This document shows, one piece after another, positions 48,069 to 56,679 of a stretch of DNA of 64,000 nt. Where the stretch lies: contig JAOZQY010000003.1 in the NCBI GenBank assembly GCA_029931975.1, positions 497 through 64,496 on the forward strand, given 5' to 3'. The DNA comes from Bacteroidales bacterium. Lineage in GTDB: Bacteria; Bacteroidota; Bacteroidia; Bacteroidales; GCA-2748055. Position 1 is the first letter of the stretch; every line of letters begins with the position of its first letter. A model generated the notes under the pieces. The model did no database searches, was not told the origin of the DNA, and saw only the letters and a list, made by a program, of their open reading frames with translations. The translations under genes were made by a program, and so were the position numbers.

Positions 48069-48890
48069 ATGATGATATACTTTTCACCTGCAAAGATCAA
48101 CCTGGGACTGCAAATCCTTGAACGTAGAGAAGATGGTTTCCATGAGCTTCGATCAGTGATGTATCCAACTGGTCTATGTGACATCATTGAGATCAATCAG
48201 CTACCTGCAGCAGAAGGCCCCCTTCGTTTTTCACAATCCGGCATACGCTTTGCATCTGATTTGGACGAGAACCTCTGTGTTAATGCCTGGAAATTGCTAT
48301 CGTCGGAAAGAACACTCCCCAATGTTGCCATTCATCTGCACAAACAGATTCCCGTTGGAGCAGGACTGGGAGGAGGATCTTCCAATGCATCTACCACCTT
48401 ACAAGGCTTGAATCAGATCGCCGGCTCTACTGTTTCAGCTGAAAGACTCACAGAACTTGCCGCTCAACTGGGAAGTGACTGCCCATTTTTTCTTCACAAC
48501 AAAGCCATGATGATGGAAGGGAGAGGCGATGTACTGAGCCCTGTCAGACTATCTCTGGACACCCTATTCCTTGTGTTGCTTTTTCCGGACATTCATATCT
48601 CAACTGCCGAAGCATACGGGGGAGTTACACCCGCCTACCCGGAAGTGCACCTGCGGATACTTCTAGAAACACCCAACGATCGCTGGAAAGACTTGATTAA
48701 AAATGATTTTGAAAAGAGTGCATTTATCAGGCACCCTTTATTGAAAGAGTTAAAAAACTCACTCTATGATGCCGGGGCATCCTATGCCTCAATGAGTGGC
48801 AGTGGCTCATCGATGTATGGCCTGTTTAATTCACCACCTGAACTTCCCCAAAACATTAAAAAATATGTAATCTGGGCAGGCCAGGCCTAG
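48069..48890 (+). CDS. ispE: 4-(cytidine 5'-diphospho)-2-C-methyl-D-erythritol kinase
   Basis: 273-aa ORF with PAKINLGLQI and the GHMP kinase motif PVGAGLGGGSSNAS. Confidence 0.92.
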   Translation: MMIYFSPAKINLGLQILERREDGFHELRSVMYPTGLCDIIEINQLPAAEGPLRFSQSGIRFASDLDENLCVNAWKLLSSERTLPNVAIHLHKQIPVGAGLGGGSSNASTTLQGLNQIAGSTVSAERLTELAAQLGSDCPFFLHNKAMMMEGRGDVLSPVRLSLDTLFLVLLFPDIHISTAEAYGGVTPAYPEVHLRILLETPNDRWKDLIKNDFEKSAFIRHPLLKELKNSLYDAGASYASMSGSGSSMYGLFNSPPELPQNIKKYVIWAGQA

Positions 48891-49234
48891 TCCATTTCAA
48901 TGAGCAGGTAAGACTTGGGGACCATTTCCCCTTTCTTGACATGAATCTTTCTGACCACTCCGGAGAAAGGTGCCAGGATTTCATTTCTCATTTTCATGGC
49001 TTCCAGTATCAAGAGTGCTGTGCCGGTACTTACCTCAACCCCCTCTTTTACCATGATCCTCTGAATTGTTCCGGGGATAATGGCCTCGATTTTTTTTACA
49101 TCCGGCTTGTCCCAGAACTCCCGGTTCCGGAACTTATTGGTTAGCCTGGTTGCATATAAAGCACCTCCGATCTCCAACGATTCCATGGGAGGTGCGGACT
49201 GATCCTTTTTTGAAATATTCTCCTTGTTGCTCAT
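48887..49234 (-). CDS. biotin/lipoyl-attachment (biotin carboxyl carrier) protein
   Basis: 115-aa ORF with the biotinylation motif EAMKM in LILEAMKMRNEILAPFSGVV. Immediately downstream of the carboxyltransferase gene. Confidence 0.85.
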   Translation of the reverse strand: MSNKENISKKDQSAPPMESLEIGGALYATRLTNKFRNREFWDKPDVKKIEAIIPGTIQRIMVKEGVEVSTGTALLILEAMKMRNEILAPFSGVVRKIHVKKGEMVPKSYLLIEMD

Positions 49235-49243
49235 AAATGACTA

Positions 49244-50788
49244 TTAAAATGGTGGTATCCCGTGCTTTTTCATTGGCATGCCAACACTCTTCTCTCCGGA
49301 TACGTCCAGGGCATGAAGCAAGGATTTCCTGGTCTCCCAGGGTTCAATGACGGAATCGATATAGCCTTTTGCTGCAGCCACATAAGGGTTGGCAAACTTC
49401 TCCTTGTACTCCTGGACCTTTTGCGCCCTCATTTTATCCGGATCTTCCGCAGAGGCAATCTCCTTTCGGAAAATAATATTAGCAGCCCCTTCCGGCCCCA
49501 TCACAGCCACCTCGGCATCGGGCCAGGCAAATACAAAATCGGCCCTGAGGTGCCTGGAATTCATCGCAATATATCCTCCGCCATAAGCTTTGCGCAGGAT
49601 GACCGTAATTTTGGGAACAGTTGCTTCGCTGTAGGCATACAATACCTTGGCCCCATGTCTGATCACCCCTGCATGCTCCTGATCCACTCCCGGCAGATAT
49701 CCCGGCAGATCCACCAGGGTAACGAGGGGGATATTGAAGGCATCACAATAGCGGATAAACCTGCCTGCCTTATCCGAGGAATCCACATCAAGCACACCTG
49801 CGAGAACAAGCGGCTGATTGGCCACAAAACCCACAGTGCGACCACGTATGGTTCCGAAACCAATGACCATATTGGCGGCCCAGCTCTCCTGTACCTCGAA
49901 GAAATCCGACCCATCGGTCACTGCCCTGATTACATTACGAACATCGTAGGGCTGCCTCTTGTCAGAAGGAACAATTTCTGAGATATTATACTTCTCCAGT
50001 GGTTCCATAACCTCTTTTCTGGCCGGTACATCTGTATTTGACCAGGGAAGGTAACTGAGCAATGATTTGATCTGGTCAAAACACTCATCTTCCGACTCTG
50101 AAAAGAAGTGTGCATTTCCGGTGATTTCGCTATGCACACGGGCTCCTCCCAGCTCCTCCATAGAAATATCCTCACCCAATACGGTTTTAATCACTTCCGG
50201 ACCGGTAATAAACATCTTAGAGATATTATCCACAACAAATACAAAGTCGGTCAGCGCAGGTGAATATACCGCACCTCCTGCACATGGTCCAAGAATGACT
50301 GATATCTGGGGAATCACACCTGAGGCCAGCGTGTTCCTGAAAAAGATCTCTCCATATCCCGCCAGAGAGTTCACTCCTTCCTGGATCCTGGCCCCACCTG
50401 AATCGTTGATACCGATCAGTGGCATTCTCATCTTCAGGGAGTGATCCATGATTTTAGTAATCTTCCGGGCATGCATGAACCCAAGTGATCCCCCGGCCAC
50501 AGTAAAATCCTGGGCATAGATACAAATAGGTCTGCCTCCTACAGTGCCGGTTCCTGTAATTACACCGTCTCCATGAAGCGTCTTCCGGTCCATGCCAAAG
50601 TCTCTCGCCTCATGCTCCACAAACATATCATACTCGTTGAAGGATCCTTCGTCACAAAGTTTGATAATGCGCTCCCTGGCTGTCAACTTCCCCATGGCAA
50701 CCTGCTTTTGAATGGCCTGTTCGCCACCTCCTTGCTGCACCTCTTCACGGCGCTTCTTTAGTTCCTGAACTTTCTTGTTTGAGGACAT
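49244..50788 (-). CDS. acyl-CoA carboxylase carboxyltransferase subunit (methylmalonyl-CoA decarboxylase alpha / propionyl-CoA carboxylase beta type)
   Basis: 514-aa ORF carrying the two-lobed carboxyltransferase pattern: GKLTARERI, DFTVAGGSLG, ANQPLVLAGVLD, AYGGGYIAM. Confidence 0.92.
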   Translation of the reverse strand: MSSNKKVQELKKRREEVQQGGGEQAIQKQVAMGKLTARERIIKLCDEGSFNEYDMFVEHEARDFGMDRKTLHGDGVITGTGTVGGRPICIYAQDFTVAGGSLGFMHARKITKIMDHSLKMRMPLIGINDSGGARIQEGVNSLAGYGEIFFRNTLASGVIPQISVILGPCAGGAVYSPALTDFVFVVDNISKMFITGPEVIKTVLGEDISMEELGGARVHSEITGNAHFFSESEDECFDQIKSLLSYLPWSNTDVPARKEVMEPLEKYNISEIVPSDKRQPYDVRNVIRAVTDGSDFFEVQESWAANMVIGFGTIRGRTVGFVANQPLVLAGVLDVDSSDKAGRFIRYCDAFNIPLVTLVDLPGYLPGVDQEHAGVIRHGAKVLYAYSEATVPKITVILRKAYGGGYIAMNSRHLRADFVFAWPDAEVAVMGPEGAANIIFRKEIASAEDPDKMRAQKVQEYKEKFANPYVAAAKGYIDSVIEPWETRKSLLHALDVSGEKSVGMPMKKHGIPPF

Positions 50789-50870
50789 TCCTATAGATTT
50801 TAATTTAGTGGTACAATCTTACAAAAAACAATGCTGTCTGAAAAACTATTGCATAAAACATTCCCGGTCC

Positions 50871-52004
50871 TTACCTGGGCGCCAAACGCATTAAAAAAAG
50901 AGCAATAATCAGGAAAAAGATATTGGGCAGCCAGACAGCAGCCATCACCGGCAATAATCCTCCAATGGCAAACTGTTTGGAAAACTGCGTAAATAGAATG
51001 TAGGTAAAGCTGATCACCACCCCGATGGCAATCTGAAGACCGATGCCTCCTCGTATCTTTCGGGATGAAACAGCCACACCAATGAGTGTCAGTATAAATG
51101 TAGAAAATGGAAAAGCGATACGGTTGTGTCGCTCGATCTGGTATGATGCCACATTAGTCTCACCCTGCATCCGCTGCTTCTTTATAAATTCATCCAGCTC
51201 TTTGAGACTCATGGTCTCTACAATATTCAGCCTCATTTTAAAATCATCCGGATGCATGGCCAGGGTGGTATCGATTTGCTTGCCCTCCTCAATGGTTTCA
51301 TTAAGTCCATCGATAGTCCGTATGTAATATCTTCTGGCCCGCCACTTATTTACAGTGGTATCCCACCTGATTTGATCAGCTACCATTTTTGAAACGAGTT
51401 CACCTTCCTCAAATTTCTCAATTGTAAACTGATATCCCACTTTGGAAACATTGCTGTAACTGTGAAGGTACACATATACCCCTGGTTCAATCTGTCTGTG
51501 AAAATCCTTGGCTTTGAAACGAATGGGCCGTTTCTTGACATATTGCTCTTCGAATCCCAGCTTCACCTTATTGGCTTTCGGAATAACCTGATCGCTCAGG
51601 AAAAAGGATACAGATGCAATCAGGGTGGCCGAAATCAGGAAGGGAAGAAGAAACCTTCGGAAACTCATACCACTGTTCAGTATGGCAATGATCTCGGTGT
51701 TGTATGCCATCCGGCTGGTGAAATAGATTACAGCAATAAAAGCAAACAGTGAACTGAAAAGAACAGCGAAGTAAGGAATGAAATTGAGATAGTAATCAAA
51801 CAGGATCACTTTTAATTTTGCCCCGCTTTCCAGAAAATCATCGATCTTCTCACTTAGGTCAAAAATTACCACAATAGCAAGGATCAATGCAATGGACAAC
51901 AAGTAGGTGCCCAGAAATTTCCTGATTACATAGATATCCAGGATCTTAAGTCCTAAAAACCTTACAATCTTGTACTTAAGGCCGGTATCATTTTTTCCTT
52001 CCAT
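50871..52004 (-). CDS. LptF/LptG family permease
   Basis: 377-aa ORF. LDIYVIRKFLGTYLLS N-terminus, six TM segments and a periplasmic beta-jellyroll insert. Its start overlaps the tgt 3-prime end by 43 nt. Confidence 0.85.
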   Translation of the reverse strand: MEGKNDTGLKYKIVRFLGLKILDIYVIRKFLGTYLLSIALILAIVVIFDLSEKIDDFLESGAKLKVILFDYYLNFIPYFAVLFSSLFAFIAVIYFTSRMAYNTEIIAILNSGMSFRRFLLPFLISATLIASVSFFLSDQVIPKANKVKLGFEEQYVKKRPIRFKAKDFHRQIEPGVYVYLHSYSNVSKVGYQFTIEKFEEGELVSKMVADQIRWDTTVNKWRARRYYIRTIDGLNETIEEGKQIDTTLAMHPDDFKMRLNIVETMSLKELDEFIKKQRMQGETNVASYQIERHNRIAFPFSTFILTLIGVAVSSRKIRGGIGLQIAIGVVISFTYILFTQFSKQFAIGGLLPVMAAVWLPNIFFLIIALFLMRLAPR

Positions 52005-53092
52005 GCAGTGAATGTGCCACTTTTAATTTTTTCAAACGCTAAACTAACCAGCCTGATATAGAATGCAAGATTATGCATGGTTGCTATCTGGGCCCCCAGC
52101 ATTTCACCGGCTATAATCAAATGACGCAGATAGGCCTTTGAATAGTGCAAATCTACAAAACTGTTACCAGATATATCAATGGGCGAATAATCGTCCATCC
52201 ATTTCCTGTTTTTTATATTGATGATCCCCTCTGCTGTAAACAGCATGCCATTTCTTCCATTTCGGGTGGGCATTACACAATCGAACATATCCACGCCACG
52301 GGAAATACTCTCCAGAATATTAACAGGAGTTCCCACACCCATCAGGTACCTGGGCTTATCTGCGGGCAGGATATCATTCACAACTTCCAACATGGCATAC
52401 ATCTCCTCTGCCGGCTCACCAACAGATAAACCTCCAATGGCATTCCCCTCCGCATTTTTTTCCGCGATATATTCTGCACTTTTCCTTCGGAGGTCCTTAA
52501 AAACACTGCCCTGGACAATGGGGAAAAATGCCTGACTGTGATCATAGTGTGGCTCAGTGGAATTAAACTGCTTCAATCCCCGGTCCAGCCACTGGTGGGT
52601 CAGCTTCAGTGAATCCTTGGCATATTTCATCTCACAGGGCCAGGGAGTGCACTCATCAAAAGCCATCATGATATCGGCCCCGATAATTCGCTGGGTATCT
52701 ACAATATTCTCAGGGGTAAACAGATGCTTTGATCCATCTATATGTGAACTGAACCATGCTCCTTCAGGTTTGAGCTTGCGCTTTGCCGCCAGAGAGAATA
52801 CCTGGTAACCACCGCTATCGGTAAGAATTGAGCGATCCCAATTCATAAACCCGTGCAGACCGCCAGCCCCCTTCAGAACCTCAAGGCCCGGCCTCAGATA
52901 AAGATGATAGGTATTCCCAAGAATAATAGGAGCATTAATATCATTCTGTAAATCCCTCTGATGCACACCCTTAACAGTTCCCGCAGTTCCTACAGGCATA
53001 AATATGGGAGTGGGGATCTCGGAATGATCCGTTTTTAGAATGCCGGCCCTTGCCTCACTCCCTTTGTCCCGGTGCAAAATTTTAAACTCCAT
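51962..53092 (-). CDS. tgt: tRNA-guanine transglycosylase
   Basis: Starts MEFKILHRDKGSEARAGILKTDHSEIPTPIFMPVGT. Also ILTDSGGYQVFSL. The track ORF extension to 53179 runs through the promoter box. Confidence 0.95.
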   Translation of the reverse strand: MEFKILHRDKGSEARAGILKTDHSEIPTPIFMPVGTAGTVKGVHQRDLQNDINAPIILGNTYHLYLRPGLEVLKGAGGLHGFMNWDRSILTDSGGYQVFSLAAKRKLKPEGAWFSSHIDGSKHLFTPENIVDTQRIIGADIMMAFDECTPWPCEMKYAKDSLKLTHQWLDRGLKQFNSTEPHYDHSQAFFPIVQGSVFKDLRRKSAEYIAEKNAEGNAIGGLSVGEPAEEMYAMLEVVNDILPADKPRYLMGVGTPVNILESISRGVDMFDCVMPTRNGRNGMLFTAEGIINIKNRKWMDDYSPIDISGNSFVDLHYSKAYLRHLIIAGEMLGAQIATMHNLAFYIRLVSLAFEKIKSGTFTAWKEKMIPALSTRL

Positions 53093-53111
53093 AGAATTTC
53101 TTGAGATCTGC

Positions 53112-53119
53112 CAAAGATA
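53112..53119 (-). promoter_or_regulatory. putative -7 promoter box TATCTTTG (minus strand) for tgt
   Basis: The plus strand reads CAAAGATA. Lies 19 nt upstream of the minus-strand ATG at 53092. Confidence 0.45.
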
Positions 53120-53177
53120 AGCAATTGTTGAAAACCTGCTTTTTCTTTTCCCTATTTGCCAGCTAAATTTACAATGC

Positions 53178-54320
53178 ATGGAAATACGAGATATTATCGC
53201 CGGAACACTTCTCCTAGACTGGATTCTGTTAGTTTTATTTTTACTTGCATTTTTCTATCAATTGGGAATTAATCTATTCGTATTTCTGAAATTGCCTCTA
53301 TACAGACAGGAAAAGAACAACTCCCCTACCCCGGGAATCTCCGTGATTATCTGTGCGAAAAATGAAGAGAAGAACCTGGAAAGTTTCCTGCCGCACATCA
53401 TTCAACAGGATTACCCCGAATTTGAAGTGGTGGTGGTCAATGACAGCTCGAGCGATGAAACCGAACAACTGCTTATGCAGATGGCGGCACAACACAAACA
53501 GCTTCGTTATACATCAATCCAGGCAAATGATAATCTTATGCGTGGGAAAAAGCTGGCGCTCACCATCGGACTCAAATCGGCAAAGTTCGATCACGTAGTG
53601 CTTACCGATGCGGACTGCTATCCGGTTAGTGATCACTGGCTGAAAAGAATGGCTTCCAATTTTTCGGGAGATAAAAAAATCGTTCTGGGTTATGGGGGAT
53701 ATGAGCAAAAAAAAGGATTACTCAACAAACTCATCCGTTATGAAACGTGCTTTACCGCCATTTCCTACTTCTCCTATGCCATAAAAGGTCGCCCTTATAT
53801 GGGTATTGGACGAAATCTGGCTTACGAAAAATCACTTTTTTTTGATAACAAAGGTTTTGCCCGTCACTACCATCTGCTTTCCGGAGACGATGACCTCTTC
53901 GTCAATGAGAATGCCAATGGAAAAAACTGTGCTGTCGAGTTCTCAAAAGAGAGCCATACACTCTCCCGGCCAGAACTCACCTTCAAAAGCTGGCTTAAGC
54001 AGAAGAAGAGACACCTCTCGGCTGGAAGCCTCTACCGGACCGGCTCAAGGATCAGGCTGGGCACTGAACTGATCAGCCGGATTATTCTCTATACTACATG
54101 TATCTGGATTTGTATTTCATCTCCGTGGATCTGGCCTGTAGCCACACTTTTTACTTTTCTCTTATTGGTCCGCATGGTGGTTTTCAAATTAGGAATGCGC
54201 CATTTGGATGAAAAATATTTATTAGTACCTTCGCTACTGTTTGACCCGGTTTTACCAGTCCTTCTGGGCCTTATCTGGTTCAGCAGCCTTTTCGAAAATA
54301 AGTATCAGTCATGGAGATAA
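53178..54320 (+). CDS. membrane-bound glycosyltransferase family 2 protein
   Basis: 380-aa ORF. N-terminal TM, ISVIICAKNEE, VVVNDSSSDET, LTDADC, and C-terminal TM helices. Confidence 0.8.
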   Translation: MEIRDIIAGTLLLDWILLVLFLLAFFYQLGINLFVFLKLPLYRQEKNNSPTPGISVIICAKNEEKNLESFLPHIIQQDYPEFEVVVVNDSSSDETEQLLMQMAAQHKQLRYTSIQANDNLMRGKKLALTIGLKSAKFDHVVLTDADCYPVSDHWLKRMASNFSGDKKIVLGYGGYEQKKGLLNKLIRYETCFTAISYFSYAIKGRPYMGIGRNLAYEKSLFFDNKGFARHYHLLSGDDDLFVNENANGKNCAVEFSKESHTLSRPELTFKSWLKQKKRHLSAGSLYRTGSRIRLGTELISRIILYTTCIWICISSPWIWPVATLFTFLLLVRMVVFKLGMRHLDEKYLLVPSLLFDPVLPVLLGLIWFSSLFENKYQSWR

Positions 54321-54916
54321 ATTCCAATCTTTCCCTTAAAGCACAAAAGGACATCGAACTGGTTGAAAGAGCCAAGAATGGGGATCAACTCGCCTATGGG
54401 GAGTTGCTGGAAAGGTATCGGGATGCTATCTATTTCATGCTGTTAAAAATGGTAAATAGTCCCGTGGATGCAGAGGACCTGACCATTGAAGCTTTTGGAA
54501 AGGCTTTTAAGAATATTGACCAGTACACCCCCAATTTCGCATTTTCCACCTGGCTGTTTAAGATTGCTACCAATAACTGCATTGACTTTATCCGAAAAAA
54601 ACGAACCAGCCATGTCTCTATCGATCAGACCATAGATGGAGAGGATTCACTGGCCCCCTCCACGATGATCCAGTCAGATGATCCGGATCCTGAAACCTAC
54701 ATGATCAATCAGCAGAAAATAAGGCATATGAGAAAGGTTGTTTCACGCCTGAAACCCCGCTACAGACAGCTGGTGGAACTGCGCTATTTCAAGGAGTATT
54801 CATACGATGAAATTGCTGTGGAACTTGATATACCAATCGGAACCGTAAAAGCACAACTTTTCAGGGCCCGGGAACTACTTCTCAATATCCTGAACCGTGC
54901 GCCAGAAAAGCCTTAA
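54311..54916 (+). CDS. RNA polymerase sigma-70 family (ECF-like) factor
   Basis: 201-aa ORF overlapping the GT2 gene by 10 nt. Region 2 (AEDLTIEAFGKAF, FSTWLFKIATNNCIDFIRKKR) and region 4 (YSYDEIAVELDIPIGTVKAQLFRAR). Confidence 0.88.
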   Translation: MEINSNLSLKAQKDIELVERAKNGDQLAYGELLERYRDAIYFMLLKMVNSPVDAEDLTIEAFGKAFKNIDQYTPNFAFSTWLFKIATNNCIDFIRKKRTSHVSIDQTIDGEDSLAPSTMIQSDDPDPETYMINQQKIRHMRKVVSRLKPRYRQLVELRYFKEYSYDEIAVELDIPIGTVKAQLFRARELLLNILNRAPEKP

Positions 54917-54937
54917 AGAAAGGCGCGGGATCATCTT

Positions 54938-55558
54938 ATGGAACTGGTACGCAAATATTTCCCTGATCTTACTTCCCAACAGATCAAACAATTTGAGAAG
55001 TTAATGGAGGTCATTCCCCCGCTAAATCAAAAGGTGAATATCATTTCAAGGAAAGATATTGAACACCTTGAGGAACGACACATCCTTCATTCCCTCTCCA
55101 TAGCCAAAAAATTCAGCTTTGATTCCGTAGCAAGAATTGTAGATGTTGGAACAGGTGGTGGATTTCCTGGAGTTCCCCTTGCCATATTGTTTCCGGAGGC
55201 AACATTCACCCTGGTCGACTCCATCGGTAAAAAGGTTCGACTGCTTGAAGAACTGCTTGAAGAACTGGAACTAAAAAATGCACGCCCCTTGTGCGGGAGA
55301 ATGGAAGAGTTGAACCTGAAAGCAGATTTTGTGGTTTCAAGGGCAGTCACCGCTTTCCCCAAACTTCACCAGTGGACCAGCAAGCTAATTATTCCCGGTC
55401 ATAAGCAGTCCATGCCTAACGGCCTGATTTCTTTGAAGGGAGGAGACCTGATGGAGGAGTTGGCCTATTTCAAAAGCAGGGCACAGCTCTTTCCGCTCTC
55501 CACATGGTTTGAAGAGTCGTTTTTTTCTTCGAAAATGATTGTATATCTAAAAAAATGA
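54938..55558 (+). CDS. rsmG: 16S rRNA (guanine527-N7)-methyltransferase RsmG
   Basis: 206-aa ORF with the SAM motif DVGTGGGFPGVPLAI and HILHSL. Confidence 0.92.
   Translation: MELVRKYFPDLTSQQIKQFEKLMEVIPPLNQKVNIISRKDIEHLEERHILHSLSIAKKFSFDSVARIVDVGTGGGFPGVPLAILFPEATFTLVDSIGKKVRLLEELLEELELKNARPLCGRMEELNLKADFVVSRAVTAFPKLHQWTSKLIIPGHKQSMPNGLISLKGGDLMEELAYFKSRAQLFPLSTWFEESFFSSKMIVYLKK
55241..55264 (+). repeat. perfect 12-nt tandem duplication (CTGCTTGAAGAA)x2 inside rsmG
   Basis: Read directly. Encodes LLEE-LLEE in frame. Confidence 0.9.
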
Positions 55559-55560
55559 CT

Positions 55561-55568
55561 TACTTTTG
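55561..55568 (+). promoter_or_regulatory. putative -7 promoter box TACTTTTG for rpmH
   Basis: Exact TAnnTTTG match, 20 nt upstream of the ATG at 55589 and 3 nt after the rsmG stop. Confidence 0.5.
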
Positions 55569-55588
55569 CACCCTCAAAACATATTCTT

Positions 55589-55747
55589 ATGAAGCGTACA
55601 TTTCAGCCATCCAACAGGAAAAGAAAGAATAAGCATGGATTCAGGGAGCGGATGTCATCAGCCAGCGGACGTGGTGTTATTGCCAAAAGAAGAAGAAAAG
55701 GGCGTAAAAAACTAACCGTTTCCGATGAGCCAAGGCACAAAGCTTAA
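55589..55747 (+). CDS. rpmH: 50S ribosomal protein L34 (52 aa, below the ORF-track cutoff)
   Basis: Translation by eye: [52 protein letters not shown]. The [22 protein letters not shown] signature is diagnostic. Confidence 0.95.
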   Translation: MKRTFQPSNRKRKNKHGFRERMSSASGRGVIAKRRRKGRKKLTVSDEPRHKA

Positions 55748-55774
55748 TATTAAGCTTTTATTACTCTTTACTGA

Positions 55775-55807
55775 ATAACTGACCGATAACCGGTTGGTTA
55801 TTTTTTT
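55775..55807 (+). terminator. rho-independent terminator after rpmH
   Basis: ATAACTGACCG (55775-55785) pairs with CGGTTGGTTAT (55791-55801). The stem is 11 bp including two G.U pairs, the loop is 5 nt, and TTTTTT follows. Confidence 0.75.
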
Positions 55808-55830
55808 GTCCTGATTTTTAGAATAAACAC

Positions 55831-55838
55831 TACCTTTG
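55831..55838 (+). promoter_or_regulatory. putative -7 promoter box TACCTTTG for the PASTA-domain gene
   Basis: Exact TAnnTTTG match, 15 nt upstream of the ATG at 55854. The TTG start of the track ORF (55836) lies inside the box. Confidence 0.45.
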
Positions 55839-55853
55839 GGCAAAGCTCGGAAT

Positions 55854-56675
55854 ATGGATTTCTTCAGGTTTTTAATTACAAAAAAATTCTTGCGTCATCT
55901 GGGACTGGCAGTTGCCATTGCCATTATTTTACTTCTTGGAACCCTGGTAGGCCTTAAGATATACACCCATCACGGGAAAACCATCATGGTTCCGGATATG
56001 ACTGGTCTGACCCTGGATGAAGTGGATGATGTGACTTCCTCCAGGCACCTGAGATTTGAGGTGATCGACTCCGTTTTTTCTACGGAGATGCCACGGGGAA
56101 CTGTGATAAAACAAAATCCCAATGCCAGTTCAAAGGTCAAGAAAAACAGGAAGATTTTCCTGACAATGAATGCTGTGAACCCTGAAATGGTCTCCATGCC
56201 TCAGCTAATCGGGCTCTCCTTCCGACAGGCCAGGCTTGCATTACAGAATGCCGGTCTTATCCAGGGAAGCATTGAATACAGACCCGATTATGCCAAAAAT
56301 AACGTGCTACAACAAATGCACAACAACTCCGTTATTATTGAAGGAACCGAAATCACTAAAGGAGCGGTCATAGACCTGATACTGGGCATGGGACTAAGCA
56401 GTAAAACAACCCGGGTACCCGACCTGGTGGGATTGGGACTGGAAGAAGCTTCAGAGATTATTTCTGATTATTATCTGAATCTGGGAGCCATGACATACGA
56501 CCTTAGCTTTGAAGAAGCCAAGGATAGCGCCGGTGCTTTTATCTGGAGACAATACCCCGATTTTGATGAATTCAGAAGATTGAATATGGGCATGGAGATT
56601 GATATCTGGCTCACTTTGGACTCAACGCTTTTACCTCAACCCGATTCGGCACTCATTGGTGATGACAGAGAATAA
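55854..56675 (+). CDS. PASTA domain-containing membrane protein (no kinase or transpeptidase domain)
   Basis: N-terminal TM anchor followed by three PASTA-like repeats (VPDMTGLTLDEVDDV, MPQLIGLSFRQARLALQNAGL, VPDLVGLGLEEASEII). Confidence 0.8.
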   Translation: MDFFRFLITKKFLRHLGLAVAIAIILLLGTLVGLKIYTHHGKTIMVPDMTGLTLDEVDDVTSSRHLRFEVIDSVFSTEMPRGTVIKQNPNASSKVKKNRKIFLTMNAVNPEMVSMPQLIGLSFRQARLALQNAGLIQGSIEYRPDYAKNNVLQQMHNNSVIIEGTEITKGAVIDLILGMGLSSKTTRVPDLVGLGLEEASEIISDYYLNLGAMTYDLSFEEAKDSAGAFIWRQYPDFDEFRRLNMGMEIDIWLTLDSTLLPQPDSALIGDDRE

Positions 56676-56679
56676 TTGA

